Of a DNA stretch of 64,000 nucleotides, positions 20,552 to 33,000 are shown one piece after another. The position numbers and the translations under genes are program-made. Every line of letters starts with the position of its first letter. Position 1 is the first letter of the stretch. The DNA comes from Nitrospirota bacterium (GTDB lineage Bacteria; Nitrospirota; UBA9217), in the NCBI GenBank assembly GCA_963796285.1, contig CAWCKW010000012.1, positions 1,248,001 through 1,312,000 on the forward strand. The letters are read 5' to 3'. The notes beneath the pieces were generated by a model, which saw nothing but the letters and a program-made list of their open reading frames with translations, was not told where the DNA came from and ran no database searches.

Positions 20552-21419
20552 ATGTCATCCTTGAAATCATATCTCACACTCTTCCGGGCCACGATTTCCA
20601 TTTTCGCTGCCGCTTCCGCGGCAACGGGGTATTTCCTTGCCCCTCATCGCCAGATCACCGGTGTCTTCCCTGTCGCTGGTGCGGTCTTTCTCCTTGCCTG
20701 CGGCGCGTCAGCCTTGAACCAGTACCAGGAGCGGTACATCGACGCGAGGATGGAGCGCACCCGCACACGGCCCCTCCCGTCCGGAAGCATCACAGCGTCT
20801 CACGCGTTGTCGCTGTCGTGCGCGCTGGTCCTCGCGGGGCTGGCCTTGCTTGCCTATGCGTGCGGCACGAAGGCGGCGCTCCTGGGGCTCTTCGCGCTCC
20901 TCTGGTATAACGGAATCTATACGCATCTGAAAAAGAGGACGGCGTTCGCGGCTGTTCCCGGTGCGGTCGTGGGCATGGTCCCTCCGGCCATCGGCTGGGT
21001 GTCAGCGGGCGGAGCCCTGCTCGACCCCCGGCTCGCGGCGATATGCTTTCTCTTTTTCCTGTGGCAGGTCCCGCATTTCTGGCTCCTGCTCCTGATCCAC
21101 GGGGAAGAATATGAACAGGCCGGCCTTCCGTCACTTACCGGGGTGATGAGCAAAGCCGCAGATCGCAAGGGTGACCTTTATCTGGATCGTTGCCGCGGCG
21201 ATCGCGAGCTTCGCACTTCCCTTCTATGGAATTCTGCAATCACCGGGGTTTTATTTTTTGCTGATTCCTTGCGCGGGTTGGCTTATCTGGAACGGAAGGG
21301 TACTAGTACTAATGGAGAACGGACCGGAGATATCTCTTTCTCCCGCCCTTTTCAAGAAGATAAATATTTACCTGTTGTTCATCATGTCACTGCTGTCTCT
21401 GGAAAACATTCTTTCATAG
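20552..21419 (+). CDS. cyoE: Protoheme IX farnesyltransferase (heme O synthase; frameshift near 21160)
   Basis: NQYQERYIDARMERTRTRPLPSG, WQVPHFW. Confidence 0.9.
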
Positions 21420-21422
21420 CCC

Positions 21423-21824
21423 ATGACCGAGAAACGCACGATCATCGCGGAACAACTCAAACAGCTCCTGATCGGGTCTTCGCCAATGATCGAGGAATAT
21501 ACTGCTGCGATCTGCCCCGGCTGTACGGATGTTTGCTGCAGGCAGAAGCACGGCACATTCCGGGAAAACGACATCCGGTACCTGCGAGCGCTCGGCATCG
21601 ACGTGCCGCCGCGCGATCGGGAAAGGCCGCCCGACGGACCCTGTGAATTGATGGGACCGCAAGGCTGCGGTCAACCGCGCTGGCTGCGTCCGTTCAAATG
21701 CACCTGGTATTTCTGCGGACCCCTTCTCAAGGCACTGAGTGAAAGCCCTCCGCGAAAGGCACGGCGAATGTCGGCCATGCTGCAGGAGATGGCGGACCTG
21801 TATGGTGAACTGGCGAAAGAATAA
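21423..21824 (+). CDS. Cys-rich hypothetical protein (YkgJ-like metal cluster pattern)
   Basis: CPGCTDVCC...C...GC...RPFKCTWYFC. Confidence 0.7.
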   Translation: MTEKRTIIAEQLKQLLIGSSPMIEEYTAAICPGCTDVCCRQKHGTFRENDIRYLRALGIDVPPRDRERPPDGPCELMGPQGCGQPRWLRPFKCTWYFCGPLLKALSESPPRKARRMSAMLQEMADLYGELAKE

Positions 21825-21989
21825 CTGTAGGCGGGGTGCGGATGACTATCTCCTGTCAATGTGGGGCATGCCTTGGATCCGTTTGAACTTTCGCATTTCT
21901 TCGTCAACGCTCTAACCCCCTCAATGTTCTCTTGACATCACTCAGAAATTATCCTATGTTCATGGCAGAGTTTTATCCGGAGGACTTGA

Positions 21990-22466
21990 TTGATGAGACA
22001 GTTCCTGTTCTGCTTCGTAGTTGCTCTCGGCCTTATCGCCGGCTCTGCACGTGCCGGTGAGGTTCGGGAGATCGAACTGAAAGACGGCAGCATCATCACC
22101 GGTGAGGTCGTTTCCCTGAACAATGGAATTTACACCATCAAATCCGGCACGCTCGGGTCCTTGAAGGTTGAAGAATCCAAGGTGAATGTCATCCGGCCGA
22201 AATCACCTCCTCGAGGCCCCGGCGCTGCACAGAACAACACCGGCAGCGAGGCAACATCTCTCCAGCACAATTTGATGAGCGATCAGGAGATCATGGGGAT
22301 GATCCTGTCCCTGCAGAACGACCCTGATTTTAAGAAGCTCCTGGAGGACCCGGAAGCCATGAAAGCGGTCAGTGAGGGCAACATCGCGGCGCTCACGGCC
22401 AATCCAAAGTTCATGAAACTGCTGGGCAATCCCACGGTGCAGGAGATCCAGAAAAAGGTCAAGTAA
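21990..22466 (+). CDS. Exported hypothetical protein
   Basis: Signal peptide, IELKDGSIITG motif, STI1-like C-terminus; GGAGG RBS. Confidence 0.75.
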   Translation: MMRQFLFCFVVALGLIAGSARAGEVREIELKDGSIITGEVVSLNNGIYTIKSGTLGSLKVEESKVNVIRPKSPPRGPGAAQNNTGSEATSLQHNLMSDQEIMGMILSLQNDPDFKKLLEDPEAMKAVSEGNIAALTANPKFMKLLGNPTVQEIQKKVK

Positions 22467-22649
22467 CGTCGCGGTCAAACCTCCGGGGCATTTACCCGGT
22501 CATCCTTCCGCCTTCAGTGCCTATCACCCCAAAATGTCATCCTGACCTAATTATCGCACCCATTCGTAGGGCGTAAAATTTACAATAACATGATTGACAT
22601 CCCCCGGTATTACAGGTAGTATCGTCGGAAAATCCTGAAGGGAAACGCT

Positions 22650-23678
22650 ATGACCATAACCTATAAAGATGCGGGCGTTGATATCGATGCCGGCGACCTC
22701 TTCGTCGAGAAGATAAAACCATTTGTAAAATCCACGTTCAGGCCCGAGGTCATGACGCACATCGGCGGGTTCGGCGGGCTCTTTGCCCTCAAAAAGTATA
22801 AGGCGCCGGTCCTCGTATCTGGCACCGATGGCGTGGGCACCAAGCTCAAGATCGCCTTCCTCACGAACCGGCACGATACGGTGGGGATCGACCTCGTTGC
22901 CATGTGCGTGAACGATATCATCGTACAGGGCGCTGAACCGCTCTTCTTCCTCGACTACTTTGCCACGGGCAGGCTCAAGCCGCAGGAACATGCCGACATC
23001 GTTAAGGGCATCGCGGAAGGCTGCAAACAGTCCGGCTGCGCGCTCATCGGCGGCGAGACCGCGGAAATGCCGTCATTCTACGCCGAGAACGAGTACGACC
23101 TCGCGGGTTTCGCGGTGGGTGTCGTGGAAAAGAAAAAGATCATCAACGGATCAAAGATCAAGCCGGGCAACACGCTCATCGGCCTCGCCTCTTCGGGGCT
23201 CCACAGCAACGGCTTTTCACTCGTGCGCAAGGCGCTGCTCGAAAAGGCCGGCTACGGCATGGACGACACCCTGTCCGAACTGGGCAACAGGCCCTTGGGC
23301 GAGGTGCTGCTCACGCCCACGAGGATCTACGCCAGATCAGTGATGGCGCTGATGAAGGACTTCGACATCCTGGGCATGGCGCACATCACCGGCGGCGGCA
23401 TCACCGAAAACATACCGCGCATGCTCCCGAAAGGAATGCAGGCCCTCATCCGGAAAGGGACCTGGGACATTCATCCCATATTCCCCCTTGTCAAAAAGAA
23501 GGCGGGCGTGAACGACGACGAGATGTACCGCGACTTCAACATGGGCATCGGCATGGTCCTCGCCGTGCCGGCCAAACAGGCGGACGCAATGATCAAGAAA
23601 GCGAACAAACTCGGCGAGAAGGCGTATCTCATCGGAGAGATCGTAAAGGGCAAGTCTATAGTGAAATACTCGGAATAA
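22650..23678 (+). CDS. purM: Phosphoribosylformylglycinamidine cyclo-ligase
   Basis: [35 protein letters not shown]. Confidence 0.98.
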   Translation: MTITYKDAGVDIDAGDLFVEKIKPFVKSTFRPEVMTHIGGFGGLFALKKYKAPVLVSGTDGVGTKLKIAFLTNRHDTVGIDLVAMCVNDIIVQGAEPLFFLDYFATGRLKPQEHADIVKGIAEGCKQSGCALIGGETAEMPSFYAENEYDLAGFAVGVVEKKKIINGSKIKPGNTLIGLASSGLHSNGFSLVRKALLEKAGYGMDDTLSELGNRPLGEVLLTPTRIYARSVMALMKDFDILGMAHITGGGITENIPRMLPKGMQALIRKGTWDIHPIFPLVKKKAGVNDDEMYRDFNMGIGMVLAVPAKQADAMIKKANKLGEKAYLIGEIVKGKSIVKYSE

Positions 23679-23800
23679 TAAATTTCAAGGCTCAACATTC
23701 AAATCAAACGACAATTACAAAGGGTCAATTTGACATTGGTTCTTTGAACTTTGCAATTATTTCTCCGTCTCCGCGTCTCAGTGGCAAAAAAGGAAACACC

Positions 23801-24451
23801 ATGAAGAAAGTAAAAATCGCCGTCCTTGTCTCCGGCCGAGGCTCAAACCTCCAGGCCATCATCGACAACATTGAAAAAGGCCTGCTCCCTGCCGAGATCG
23901 CGGTGGTGATCAGCGACCAGCCCGATGCCTATTCCCTCGAGCGCGCACGAAAACACAACATCCCGGCGGTCCCACTCAGCGCCAAGGGCTATCAAGGGAA
24001 ACGGGAAGAATACGATGCCTTGCTGGTCAAGGAACTGCAGAAACACCACGTTGAACTCGTGTGCCTCGCCGGCTTCATGCGCATCATCACACCAACCCTG
24101 ATCAAGGCATTCCCCAACAGGATTTTGAACATTCACCCTGCGCTCCTGCCGGCCTTCCCCGGTCTCCATGTGCAGAAGGCGGCGCTCGAGCACGGCGTGA
24201 AGTTCTCCGGCTGCACCGTGCACTTTGTTGACGAAGGCATGGACACCGGCCCGATCATCATCCAGGCCGTGGTGCCTGTCCTGGACAACGATACCGAAGA
24301 CAGCCTGTCGGAACGCATCCTCACGCAGGAGCATAAGATCTATTCCCGAGCCATCCAGCTCTATGCCGAGGGCAGGCTCAAGATCGAAGGCAGGCGGGTC
24401 ATGGTCGTGAACGGAAAAACCGCAACCGATGAGTTCCTGATAAGCCCGTAG
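23801..24451 (+). CDS. purN: Phosphoribosylglycinamide formyltransferase
   Basis: SGRGSNLQA, LAGFMRI, NIHPALLP. Confidence 0.98.
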   Translation: MKKVKIAVLVSGRGSNLQAIIDNIEKGLLPAEIAVVISDQPDAYSLERARKHNIPAVPLSAKGYQGKREEYDALLVKELQKHHVELVCLAGFMRIITPTLIKAFPNRILNIHPALLPAFPGLHVQKAALEHGVKFSGCTVHFVDEGMDTGPIIIQAVVPVLDNDTEDSLSERILTQEHKIYSRAIQLYAEGRLKIEGRRVMVVNGKTATDEFLISP

Positions 24452-24494
24452 TAACGCTTCAACCGGTAGCCACATCGATCGTGAAATCAGAAAT

Positions 24495-24530
24495 AAAAAT
24501 AGCCTTGCATATTGCAAGGCTATTTTTTTT
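24495..24530 (+). terminator. Rho-independent terminator after purN
   Basis: AAAATAGCCTTGCA/TGCAAGGCTATTTT hairpin plus T-run. Confidence 0.8.
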
Positions 24531-24691
24531 ACTGGCTGATTGTTCTTTGTATCCTCATTGGCACAAAGCAGCCGTCGGGGACATTGTTGCAGAGGATCCT
24601 TATTCTTTCAATAATCCGCAATTTGAAGGTAAAGCAAGAAACGACTTCCTGATATACTGGTTTCTAACGATGAATACAGCGCCTTGGCCAA

Positions 24692-26498
24692 CTACTTCAC
24701 CTGGTCCAGCACACTCCGTACCTGTTTCAAAAGCATGTTCGGTGTAACAGGCTTAAAGACCACCGGCATCTTGCCCTCAAGCAACACCTTCTGTCGGACC
24801 AGGTCAGGGGCGTAACCGCTCTGGAATAGGATCTTGATATCGGGCTGGATCGCCCTGATCTCGTCATAAGCCTCTTTACCGGATTTAGTTGGCATGATAA
24901 TATCGAACAGCAGCAACTTGATCCTGTCCTTGTTCTCCTTATACTTATTTATCGCATCCTGACCATCGACCGCGGCGATCACCGTGTAACCGAACTCTTC
25001 AAGGATTGCCTTGGTCATAGTTCTGACGGTTTCGTCATCTTCAGCGAGCAAAATAGTTTCCGTGCCTCTCCGCGGACTCTCTTCCACCAGTTTCTTCTCC
25101 TCTTCCACACCTGCCGAGATGAGCGGCAGATAGATATTGAAGCTGGTGCCTTGGCCCGGCTCGCTATAGACATTAATGAAACCCTCGTGCTGTTTGACAA
25201 TGCCGTATGCGATCGCAAGCCCCAGTCCGGTGCCCTTTCCTACCTCCTTGGTTGTGTAGAAAGGCTCGAAGATATGCTCCCGCGTGGCCGCATCCATGCC
25301 CTTGCCGGTATCTGATATGGTGATCAATCCATAGATGCCAGGCTTGCCGTAACCGTGGATGGTGATGAACGCTTCATCCATCCGCACCTGCTCCGTGGCA
25401 ATGGTGAAGATACCTCCCGTTGACATTGCGTCACGAGCGTTCGTTGCCAGGTTCATCAGGAGCTGCTCAAGCTGATGGGCATCGCCTAAAATCGGCAATG
25501 CTTTCTCAAAGAGCGATGTTCTGCATTCAACATCCTCTCCAATGACCCGCTTCAGGAATTTATCCACCGTCCGGATGATCTCATTCAGGTCCACGGGTTT
25601 TCGGTCGCTGATTTGTTTTCTGCTGAACAGCAGGAGGCTTTTCGTCAAATGCGCGGCCCGGTTACCTGCCTCGAGCATGTGCTCGATGTTCACGCGCTGG
25701 GGATCGTCCTTTGCCATTTTCATGAGAACAATATGCCCATAGCCGACAATAGCGGCCAGGATGTTGTTGAAATCATGGGCAATGCCGCCGGCAAGGGTGC
25801 CGATCGACTCCATCTTCTGCGCTTGGCGAAGCTGGTCTTCGAGTTTCTGCTGTTCGGTGATGTCGCGGAAGATACCGCGAGGCACTGCTTTCCGCCCAAC
25901 ATCACACGGGGCGGCATTGATGTCCGCATAAAAGACCGACCCATCCTTTCTTAACATCGGAACCTCAGGCGCAAGCGAGATCTCTCCGCGCAGCTGTTTT
26001 TTAAAGCTCTCCCGGATGGCGGGCAGGGCCTCTTTCGGGTGGATATCATCAACACTCAGGCCAACGAGCTCATCGCATGCATAACCCGAGCATGCTGCAC
26101 ATGGCCTTATTTGCATTAATAAGCTTCTGGGTCTCCGCGTCGGCGATCATGATCCCGTCGGTCGCCTGTTCGAATATGGAGCGGAATTTGACTTCGCTTT
26201 CCAGCAGCGCCGCCTCTGCCTTCTCACGCTCGGAAATTTCTCGTTGAAGCTGTTCATTGTATTTTTCTAATTCAATTTTTTTTCTCATAAAATAAAAAAT
26301 AACAGGTGCAACTATCAGAGGGACAAATAACGCATCTATAAAACCGGCCAGCAAAAGTTGCGCCAAATTAGTCTTAATATAGAGCACGTACTGAAGAGTG
26401 TTCAAAAAAGCCGTAAACAATTCAGACGCAACAACAGTAATCCAGATAAAATGCCATGGATTAAAGGTCTTCTTCGTTCCAGGATGGTTATTGCGCAC
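24692..26498 (-). CDS. Membrane PAS hybrid histidine kinase with receiver (frameshifted)
   Basis: AGGIAHDFNN, HATPase, C-terminal REC; 5' part lies in ORF 26070..26498. Confidence 0.88.
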
Positions 26499-27051
26499 GG
26501 TTGGCCTCTTGTAACGTGAGAACTATTGAAGGGACATTACAGCTGAATTCATTCTATTCGTCCATGACGAGACTGAATTTGATAAACTGACAAACAATGG
26601 ACCTGGGGAGATGTCGATCCTGCCGGGATACAAGTAGTCACATAATCATTTTATCATACATTATAGCTATAAAGACCATTTTATCAAATAAAGCGGCCCT
26701 TATTATAAGGTCTGGCGCCCGGATAGGATAAAGCGGATAAATGGGAAGAGGTTTGGTGGGGGTCGATTCTCGATACAATATGACATACTATCAAATCCGA
26801 GACCCTGGTTCTTATGAATTATCTGTCTCTGGGTTCATCATTGTCATGTCGAGGCTCTTCGTCTACTATTTATCAAAAGGCCGCGAGTGGCGGCTCCATC
26901 AAGTTGAAAGGAGAACGAACATGGCGTACGTGATCGTGCATTTCTTTCCGGCGCAATTTGGAGTAACACAGCGTGGGAAACAACGTTCCTCATCTATCCT
27001 TCTTTCCTCTGCAATCGTCCCTTTCCCGTCAGACTGGCCTGGCCCGCTCTA

Positions 27052-28519
27052 TCAATACGCCCAATAGGGTCCCGTACCGAGGCTCGAAGTTTTCTTCTCA
27101 ATTCCCACGCAAACAGTTCGTCCAAGGAAAAACGGAAGCCCCCAATCGAAAAAGAGTGACTGCGACGGCCCTGTCACCGATCCACCGAGTTCGGAAAATA
27201 CCCTGTTGCCCGAATTAAAAAGGTTCACGGCGTTGCCTATCTCAAATGCAACCGTATTGCTCGGTAAACCTGTAAATCCTTTAGTGGTTGCGGTGAGGCT
27301 CGTTGTGGACGACGGACAGTACCAGCCCGTAAAGGGACCTGTGCATGCCGTAAGAACCGTTGATGGAGCAGGAAAGTATAGTGCATTCGAACCGCTGTCT
27401 ATGAAACTGTGGGTATAGGTGGATCCGTTGAACACCGTGGTGAATTCTCCGAGTGGAGCTGGCGGCATACGTCGTGACTCCGGAAGGCGAATTGTTCGAC
27501 TGGGTGCCGATCCCGAGCACAAGGCTGCCGTTGACCGAGGGCGTCCCTCCTAAAGAAATGCTCGGAAGCTCCAGGATCACACCATTATTGTCAACAGGGA
27601 GCAGGGCTACCGGATTCTGGACTTGATTGGACAGAGGGGCTGTTGTGCTGGTACAGGTCGTTGCACTGCAAACATAATATATCCCGACGTTTGCGTTCGT
27701 TGTGCATGTCGAACCGCAGTCCTGGGCAAAGAGGCTGACGCCCAGAATTCCGTTGAATTTTTTAGTCAGGTCTGTGTCCGGGATTCCGCAAGAGCTGGGA
27801 ACAGTACCGAAGGTTGAATCAATGACCTGAATCGGGAGCTGGACTGCCGGTTCGTTCCCCAGAATGACATCCGCGGTCTGAACCGGACCCCAATCAGACG
27901 AGCCATCGAGGTATTGAATGCATTCCGCGAGCGAGCCTGAACCGCTTGGCACCGGATTCAAAGTGACTGTCGTCAGGAGGGACTTGAATATCCGCAGGCC
28001 GGAGCTTCCGGTATCCAGCAGAATATCGTTGACGATCTGGCAGGTCGAGGTGCCGGGAGAACAGACCGTGACACTCACGCAGGGTTTATTCTGGTACGAG
28101 CCGGCCGAGCAGTTCGAGCCGTTCACGGTGAGGGTAAGCACGTTGTTCCCGGAAGGTGCGCTGTTCACCGTCAGGAGCGTGGAGCCGGACGCCCCTCCCC
28201 ATGTGGCTGTGATCGTCGTTGTCCCCGGGGCGAGCGAAGTCACCAAACCGTTGGAACCTGCCGCATTGCTGATCGTCGCTACGGATTGAGATGAGGAACT
28301 CCAAGACGCCTGCGCCGTCAGATCCTGAATCGTGTTGTCCGAGAAGGTCCCCGTGGCGGTTAACTGTATCGTCGATCCCGCGAAAATGCTCGGATTTGCC
28401 GGCGTCACCGCAATAGAGAGTAGCGTTACGGTGGGGGTACTGGAACTGGAACTTCCGCCACTGCATCCGGTCACGAGTGCAAGGACCAGAACAGATAAAA
28501 GCAGTTTATTTGATTTCAT
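27052..28519 (-). CDS. DUF3443-family lipoprotein with Ig-like (Big_2) domain (frameshift near 27460)
   Basis: Lipobox LVTGC, Big_2 repeat, PCVSVTVC, LDTGSSGLRI, NGILGV, IDSGSN, FDWGLPFFLGR. Confidence 0.85.
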
Positions 28520-28976
28520 CGATGCTCACTCCTTGTGGGACCAGGCTCGGTGCATAGGCGCGGCCCTGCAGGTTCCGCATATGTCCCCATTTTTCCACGA
28601 TCACCCGGTCCGTTTTCACCTGGAAGTGCCTGCGACCAGGTTGGCGCGAAGCCTGACCCATGGCCTTCTGATATTCATCGGCATAAGGCCCCAAAAGTTG
28701 TGTCAGATCGGGATAGGCCAACCCGTTCCATGCGATGCCGAAGACGATGCCGGCAGACGAAACGTACTCGCGGACTGCGATCGCATCGGATACGATCTCA
28801 TGTACTGAATAGGCCGGGGAGACCGTGGTTGCGCTGCGCACGGTCGACAGGACTTTTCGGTCCGATTCGATCGAATCAACAGACCCGCCGAGGGCGGCCT
28901 GGGCCCGCTCTGCGGTTCCAAGGACGGCCGCAGAAAAGCAAACGCTGAGAAACAGGACAGAGAGTGTTTTTTTCAT
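28506..28976 (-). CDS. DUF2844-family exported protein
   Basis: AQAALGG, VREYV, PDLTQLLG, GHMRNLQGRAY; overlaps the start of the DUF3443 gene. Confidence 0.88.
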   Translation of the reverse strand: MKKTLSVLFLSVCFSAAVLGTAERAQAALGGSVDSIESDRKVLSTVRSATTVSPAYSVHEIVSDAIAVREYVSSAGIVFGIAWNGLAYPDLTQLLGPYADEYQKAMGQASRQPGRRHFQVKTDRVIVEKWGHMRNLQGRAYAPSLVPQGVSIDEIK

Positions 28977-29437
28977 GGTTGGGGTGTCCTCCTTCGGCTG
29001 GTGAAGCCGCTCGCTGCTGTACCATGGAACGGTTATCATGGATTTTCCTGATTATCCCTCTACGGCGAGGCGGTGTTCGTCTCGACGGAAGCTTAAATAA
29101 AAATACAACTTCCGTATGTAGAGATTCAAGGAGAATCTCACTACGTAGCGAATGGCAACTACAATGACTCTTAAAAGTGACGTTGCGTCACACGTTGCAT
29201 TTTAAATTGCGCGATAATTAATAACGAGATCAGATAAGGTGGTCAAGAACCGGGAGCGTGATGAAATGTCCGGGAAAAACCGTTTTCGTTCTGAGAAGGG
29301 CCTCCCAAGAAAAGAATACTATAAAGATATTTACATGGCAAGGTCTTTTTGATAATTTAGTTTGGATCGAAATAATATTGTGAGGCACATCGAGTTGTGA
29401 AATGTGGAATGGACGTACTGCTTGAAAGAAGGTAAAA

Positions 29438-29480
29438 TTGGCGAGAAGACGATCGAACCCTCGGCACCGCGCATTGCGAA
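29438..29480 (-). repeat. Degenerate direct repeat of the tRNA-Ala 3' half (att site)
   Basis: Minus strand TTCGCAATGCGCGGTGCCGAGGGTTCGATCGTCTTCTCG versus tRNA TTCGCAATGCGGGGGCCGAGGGTTCGATCCCCTTCTCG. Confidence 0.8.
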
Positions 29481-29861
29481 TCTAAAAAGGCATTTTGGTG
29501 AAGACATTTCTTTGTTCAGATTTCCATTTTTGCTTTGAGAATCAAACAAGTAGAGGCGTTGCTGTGATTACATCTATTATGCCTGTTATGACTTTTTGAA
29601 TATTTTTAGCACACATTTAGCACATTGTCCCCCGCTCTCGCTGCGGGGCTCATACTACAATAATCAGAATCCATGTTTACAATAATGGTAATCGCCCTTC
29701 TCACGAGCTCTTAGATCGTGGTGCGACCGCTGCTTTGCTTGAACGTGAGTATAAAGAATAATAGCATGCTTCCTGAAGTCGTTGCAGTTACATCTCTTTG
29801 AAATATTTCATGTTACGTTCTGGATTTGCTGGAATACCCCATCGTTACCCTTTCGTAAGCG

Positions 29862-29890
29862 TTGACATCAGACTGTCTCAGCGTTATCAT
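29862..29890 (+). promoter_or_regulatory. Sigma-70 promoter
   Basis: TTGACA-17-TATCAT upstream of the repeat lipoprotein gene. Confidence 0.6.
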
Positions 29891-30030
29891 ACAGTCGCAT
29901 CAAATTATCAGGACGGGTTCTGCGCCGCGAGGAGCTACATTTTCAATTCTTATTGAGACCGGAGATAGTGTTTCATCGCGTTTCGGAGTGCGGACGCATG
30001 ATAGATAATAGCTATCTAAAGGAGAATCAC

Positions 30031-33000
30031 TTGAGTACTTCAAGACACAGACCTTTCAGCTTCTTAGCAGTCATGATGCTTATTCTGGTCCTTTCGCTCA
30101 TGCTGGTAAGCTGCGGCAGTATAACTTCAAGCCCAAATTCGTATTCTGTAACCTATTATGGCAACGGCAATACCGGCGGTAACGTCCCGATTGACTCAAA
30201 CAAATATGTGAACGGGCAGACTGTCACAGTGCTCGGCAATACAGACAACCTCGTAAAAATCGGCTATGCCTTCATGGGCTGGAACACGCTAGCGGACGGA
30301 TCCGGCGCAACCTATACGCAGGCGCAGACCTTCACGATGGTTGCGGCAAATGTTACCCTGTATGCGATCTGGACCACAAACCCCACGTATACCGTAACCT
30401 ATGACGGCAACGGCAACACCGGCGGCAGTGTTCCGGTTGACACTACCAATTACGTGCTAGGGCAAATTGTCACGGTGCTCGGGAATACAGGAAACCTCGT
30501 AAGGACCGGCTATTTCTTCGTGGGTTGGAGCACGCAAGCGGACGGATCCGGTGCAACCTATTCGCAGGCGCAGACCTTCGCGATGGGTACGGCAAATGTT
30601 ACCCTGTACGCGAAGTGGACCGCAAACCCCGTACTATACCGTGACCTATAACGGTAACGGCAAAACCGGCGGCAGCGTTCCGGTTGACTCAACCAATTAC
30701 GAGCAAGGGCAGACCGTTACGGTGCTCGGCAACCCAGGCAAACTCGTACGGACCAGCTATTCCTTCGTGGGCTGGAACATGCAGTCTAACGGGTCCGGCA
30801 CGACCTATACGCAGGCGCAGACCTTCACGATGGGTGCGGCAAATATTACCCTGTACGCTATGTGGACCGAAAACCCCACGTATACCGTAACCTATAACGG
30901 CAACGGCAATACCAGCGGTATCGTCCCGGTTGACTCAACCAACTACGAGCAGGGGCAGGATGTTTCGGTGCTCGGCAATACAGGCAACCTTGTAAAGACC
31001 AACTATTCCTTCGGAGGCTGGAACACGCAGGCTAACGGGTCCGGCACGATCTATACGCAGTCGCAAACCTTCACGATGGGTGCGGCAAATGTTACCCTGT
31101 ACGCTATGTGGACCGCAAACCCCACGTATACCGTAACCTATAACGGCAACGGCAGTACCGGCGGCATCGTCCCGGTTGACTCAACCAACTACCAGCAGTT
31201 GCAGACCGTTACGGTGCTCGGCAATACAGGCAATCTCGTAAAGACCGGCAATTCCTTCGCAGGCTGGAACACGCAGGCTGACGGATCCGGCGCAACCTAT
31301 CCGCCGGCGCAAACCTTCATTATGGGTGCGGCAAATGTTACCCTGTACGCGAAGTGGAGCGTGCTGCCCAACCACACCGTAACCTACTCGGCAACAGCAG
31401 TATGGCGGCAGCCGGCCCGATGAGTAACCAGATCGCCAATAGGGTGGACAGTTACGGTGCTCGAAAGACAAGCCTCCTTTAAGGCCTGGGCTATCACCTT
31501 CGCGGCTGGAACACGCAGGCTAACGGCAGCCGGCACGACCTATACGCCGATGTAGCAACCACCCCATTATGGGTGCGGCAAACGTCACCCTGTACGCAAA
31601 GTGGACCGCGCTGCCCAACCACACCGTAACCTATTCAACAGCAGTACCGGCGGCAGCGGCTCGATGAGTCCAACCAGATCGCCAATAGGCTGCCGACGGT
31701 GCTGACGGCCAAGGCACCTTCACACGACCGGGCTATCACCTTCAGCGGCTGGAACACGCAGCTGCTGGCGGCGGCACGAGCTATACGCAATCGCAGACAA
31801 TCTACCCCTTCGCGGCAGACGTCACGCTGTACGCTCAGTGGAGCGCGCTGCCCAACCACACCGTGACCTTCAACAGCAATGGCGGCACAGGCTCGATGAG
31901 TAACCAGATCGCCAATGTCCCGACGGCGCTGACAGCCAACACCTTCACGCGCACGGGCTACACCTTCAGCGGCTGGAACACCGCGGCTGCTGGCGGCGGC
32001 ACGAGCTACTCCGATGGAGCAATCTACCCCTTCACAGCTGACATCACGCTGTACGCTCAGTGGAGCGCGCTGCCCAACCACACCGTGACCTTCAACAGCA
32101 ACGGCGGCACGGGCTCGATGAGTAACCAGATCGCCAATGTCCCGACGGCGCTGACAGCCAACACCTTCACGCGCACGGGCTACACCTTCAGCGGCTGGAA
32201 CACCGCGGCTGACTGGCGGCGGCACGAGCTACGCCGATGGCGCAACCTACGCCTTCACAGCTGACATCACGCTGTACGCCCAGTGGACCGCGCTGCCCAA
32301 CCACACCGTGACCTTCAACAGCAATGGCGGCACAGGCTCGATGAGTAACCAGATCGCCAATGTCCCGACGGCGCTGACAGCCAACACCTTCACGCGCACG
32401 GGCTACACCTTCAGCGGCTGGAACACCGCGGCTAATGGCGGCGGCACGGCCTACGCCGATGGAGCAACCTACGCCTTCGCAGCTGACATCACGCTGTACG
32501 CCCAGTGGACCGCGCTGCCCAACCACACCGTGACCTTCAACAGCAATGGCGGCACAGGCTCGATGAGTAACCAGATCGCCAACGTCCCGACGGCGCTGAC
32601 AGCCAACACCTTCACGCGCACGGGCTACACCTTCAGCGGCTGGAACACCGCGGCTAATGGCGGCGGCACGACCTACGCCGATGGAGCAACCTACGCCTTC
32701 ACGGCTGACATCACGCTGTACGCCCAGTGGAGCGCGCTGCCCAACCACACCGTGACCTTCAACAGCAATGGCGGCACAGGCTCGATGAGTAACCAGATCG
32801 CCAATGTCCCGACGGCGCTGACAGCCAACACCTTCACGCGCACGGGCTACACCTTCAGCGGCTGGAACACCGCGGCTAATGGCGGCGGCACGACCTACGC
32901 CGATGGAGCAACCTACGCCTTCGCAGCTGACATCACGCTGTACGCCCAATGGAGCGCGCTGCCCAACCACACCGTGACCTTCAACAGCAATGGCGGCACC

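Noticed and set aside
29438-29480. Second functional tRNA
   Set aside because: Only the 3' half is present, with mismatches; interpreted as an att scar.
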